Shown here piece by piece: positions 34,357 to 36,845 of a DNA stretch of 36,845 bases (the first letter of the stretch is position 1; the number at the start of each line of letters is the position of its first letter). Origin of the DNA: a virus (Duplodnaviria; Caudoviricetes); IMG/VR virus record IMGVR_UViG_3300040971_000025, positions 1-36,845 of that record; one strand, given 5' to 3'. Made by a program: the position numbers and the translations under genes. The notes below the pieces were generated by a model that was not told the DNA's origin, searched no databases, and worked only from the letters and a program-made list of their open reading frames with translations.

Positions 34357-36071
34357 AACTCCACGAATCCTTGGTCGCCGCCACTATCCACTTCCGCCTT
34401 CGCCCGCGCCATGGCCATGACAGCCGCAACAATGGGGTCAATCTTCGCCGCAACATTCTGCTTGGCCGGGTAGTAGAGCTTGTTTCGCAACTCTTTCAAG
34501 ATCACGTTGCCAGCCGCCCATTGAAGTACTGGGTCGCCGCAATGAAACAGCGAACCATTACAAATTTCACCCTCGAACTCCTTCATAGGTTCGCTGAGAC
34601 TCGCGGCGGATTGGGTCATTTCGACAACTGGGCAGGAAACCTTGGCTTGAATGGCGGGCATGACGTAGGTGGCTTCGCGCGGGTCATAGACAATTTCTTC
34701 GATGCTCAGGATGTCGTAGATGCCTTCGATCTCTTCATCTCCGTCCTGCCAATCAGGATGCGCAGGGTGATGGCCGCACAGATCCCGCTCCAGATACCAG
34801 AAGTCAGTTCTGGCCCCTGGCGTCTCGGTGATCCATCCTTCCATGACCCACTTTTGGTAGTGCTCATTACCCTTGATCTGAATCGTTTCTTCTGGGAGGT
34901 AGTATTTCCCAAACAGGTAATAGGCGCCCTCAAACTCGATCAGGATCATCATGGCCACGAGGTCGATCTTGCTGGCTAAGTCAATGCCGACCCACGCCTT
35001 GCACCCGGCGAAGCGTTCAAGTTCAAGGCCCTCATCTGCGTTGGCGTTCCATTTCGCCATGTTGATCCAAGCGGTTCCGGCGTTGACCCAGCAGTTCAGG
35101 TGCTTCGTCTTGACGGTGTTCTGCAGGCTCGTGCGCTGGATGGCCTCGGCCAGTTTGCCGCGCAGGTATTCCTCGGAGACTGAGACGCCAAAGTTTGGAT
35201 TTGCCTTCTTCCAGACGGCAAAATCAGTCCAATCATCCTCGTCATCGATGCCGTACAAAAGCGCGAAAAATGAGTCGTTCGAGAACGCACCCTCAAGGAC
35301 TTTGACGGCGTAATCGTCCAATTCTTTGCACGGGGATGACGTGTCCGTGCCAGCCGTGGTGATGATGAACTGCAAGGGCTCTTGGCGGGCACCCATGCCG
35401 GTGTCCATAGAGTCAACCTGCTCGCTCGTCTTGTGTTCGTGGAATTCGTCATGGATGGCGCACAAGGGGCTTTGTCCCTCGCCAGGCTTGGAGATGATGC
35501 GCTGGAAAAATGACAGGCCGTCCTCTCGGAAAATGGAGGATGCGGCGATGGTGAGCCCAAACGTCTGCTTGAAGCCCCTGGCCCGCTCCGCCATGGCTTT
35601 TGCTGGCCGGAATACCTCATTGGCCTGGGCCTCGGACGTGGCCCCGCAGTATACCTCTGCCCCTGGCTCTGCTTCGACCGTGAGCATGAGTAGACCGACG
35701 GGCGCGGCAATTGAGGTCTTTCCGTTCTTCCTGGGCACGCGGATGTAGGCCCGGCGAAAGCGCCGTAGCCCGTCCGGGCCTTCCCAACCGAACAGATTGA
35801 CGAAAATGAAGGATTGCCACGGCTCCAGGGTCATGGGCGAACCTGCCCACTTTCCTTTTACATGCGGCATCAGTTCGACGAATTCACACGCCCTTTCGGC
35901 CCGGTCGCGGTTGAGTTTCCACTTCTTGGATTCGAGGTCAGACAGGAATCGTTGACAGGCAAGAACGGTCAGGCGGCACGCCGGAATCTTCCCGCCCACA
36001 ATATCCTTGGCGTACTTCGTGGCCCGCCGACAATGCGGATGCGTGCGGCGTTTGCGGATCTCTCTTGGCAC
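34353..36071 (-). CDS. terL: Terminase large subunit
   Basis: Walker A VPRKNGKT, Walker B IHDEFH, GIDLAS, KIDPIVA. Confidence 0.96.
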   Translation of the reverse strand: MPREIRKRRTHPHCRRATKYAKDIVGGKIPACRLTVLACQRFLSDLESKKWKLNRDRAERACEFVELMPHVKGKWAGSPMTLEPWQSFIFVNLFGWEGPDGLRRFRRAYIRVPRKNGKTSIAAPVGLLMLTVEAEPGAEVYCGATSEAQANEVFRPAKAMAERARGFKQTFGLTIAASSIFREDGLSFFQRIISKPGEGQSPLCAIHDEFHEHKTSEQVDSMDTGMGARQEPLQFIITTAGTDTSSPCKELDDYAVKVLEGAFSNDSFFALLYGIDDEDDWTDFAVWKKANPNFGVSVSEEYLRGKLAEAIQRTSLQNTVKTKHLNCWVNAGTAWINMAKWNANADEGLELERFAGCKAWVGIDLASKIDLVAMMILIEFEGAYYLFGKYYLPEETIQIKGNEHYQKWVMEGWITETPGARTDFWYLERDLCGHHPAHPDWQDGDEEIEGIYDILSIEEIVYDPREATYVMPAIQAKVSCPVVEMTQSAASLSEPMKEFEGEICNGSLFHCGDPVLQWAAGNVILKELRNKLYYPAKQNVAAKIDPIVAAVMAMARAKAEVDSGGDQGFVEL

Positions 36072-36262
36072 TAAATCAGCGGCTCCCCGGTGTAGTCACA
36101 CCAGGCGCGGCGCGCCCTTGCCCATGCGCCAAGCAACTTGCGCGCATCCACGCCGTCGGCGTTGGCCGCGTTGAACCCATCGGCGGTCACGCGAAGAGGA
36201 TGGTCTCGGGGCAGCCCGTCCTTGTCAGCGCGAGCAATCATCTTTTGTCCAAGGTCGGCCAT
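36071..36262 (-). CDS. Hypothetical protein, 63 aa, between terS and terL
   Basis: GGAGGT RBS; abuts both terminase genes. Confidence 0.6.
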   Translation of the reverse strand: MADLGQKMIARADKDGLPRDHPLRVTADGFNAANADGVDARKLLGAWARARRAWCDYTGEPLI

Positions 36263-36729
36263 TACAAACCTCCAAATCCCTGCTTCTTCTCCGGCTCTTT
36301 CTTCTTCGCCCCCACCTTGCCAATACTCGACGGCGACAACCCAAACTCAGCCAGCAGGCTTTGAAGATGCCTCATGGCCTCGTTGCGCATGGAGACGGCA
36401 GGGTTCGCCCGGAGGAGTTCGCCGCCGGTCACGGTCTTGGCCATGATGAGGGCGCCGTGGTCCACGATGGCCTGGTTGCACGCGTCGATTTCCTCCAAAC
36501 GCATGGCGGCCAGGGTCAAAACTTCCGTGTAGGTAGACGAATCCAACCCGAGCAGCGCGATGCGCCACCGGAGCGTTTCAAAATGCTTCAGCGCGCCCTC
36601 GGACAGCCCTTCAGGTGCCTCCATGGGTTCATCGTTCTGGCGTTCGCCAGACTTCGAGCTGCGGCACTTCTGAAATGTTCCGCTGATGACCTTGAGTTGG
36701 TCGGGCAATTTCTTGCGGCCCTTCGCCAT
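36262..36729 (-). CDS. terS: Terminase small subunit (P27 family)
   Basis: GRKKLP, ANPAV, EFGLSPSS motifs. Confidence 0.92.
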   Translation of the reverse strand: MAKGRKKLPDQLKVISGTFQKCRSSKSGERQNDEPMEAPEGLSEGALKHFETLRWRIALLGLDSSTYTEVLTLAAMRLEEIDACNQAIVDHGALIMAKTVTGGELLRANPAVSMRNEAMRHLQSLLAEFGLSPSSIGKVGAKKKEPEKKQGFGGL

Positions 36730-36730
36730 A

Positions 36731-36844
36731 TTATTTCATCCTTCCGTGGTGTTTTTCGTGGCAATCCCGGCATAATGCCTCCAGATTCGACCACAAAAGG
36801 CGCAAGTCTGGGGCCTCTTCGACCGGCTTGATGTGGTGGGATTG
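36731..36844 (-). CDS. Packaging-associated HNH endonuclease (HK97 gp74-like), 3' part only
   Basis: Manual translation QSHHIKPVEEAPDLRLLWSNLEALCRDCHEKHHGRMK*; truncated by window edge. Confidence 0.85.
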   Translation of the reverse strand, partial: QSHHIKPVEEAPDLRLLWSNLEALCRDCHEKHHGRMK

Positions 36845-36845
36845 C

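Larger units (their letters stand above)
1..36845. mobile_element. Temperate siphovirus genome, near-complete, excised/attP-joined arrangement
   Basis: Head, tail, integration, immunity and replication modules all present; int and tail genes converge on an att region; no host housekeeping genes seen. Confidence 0.95.

Noticed and set aside
1-36845. Window closes into a circle
   Set aside because: Joining the ends puts an in-frame TAG just before the HNH fragment and supplies no HNH N-terminus; no terminal overlap seen

Overview
Near-complete genome of a temperate siphophage in its excised (attP-joined) gene order. The minus strand carries a partial packaging HNH, terminase, HK97-type portal, ClpP-type protease, capsid, neck, tail tube, frameshifted tail chaperones, tape measure and a D3112/Mu-like tail-tip module. 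These converge on a + strand early arm (recombination genes, many small accessory ORFs, xis, int). A cI/cro switch with palindromic operators sits at about 6.9 and 8.2 kb. A minus-strand arm follows with cII-like, replication initiator plus iterons, a PAPS-reductase-family gene, RusA, MazG-like and a Mor-like activator. No lysis genes are visible and the ends do not join. The most unusual signals are: (1) two different tRNA half-genes next to one integrase (5' half of tRNA-Thr(CGT) with arm-like repeats, 3' half of tRNA-Ala(CGC)) bracketing an HNH endonuclease; (2) tandem repeats that rewrite the C-terminus of a repressor lacking a peptidase domain; (3) a multibranched RNA leader after the early promoter; (4) a tail-tip protein with one inserted and two tandem C-terminal beta-rich domains. 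All product calls come from motif recognition and gene context only; no searches were run.
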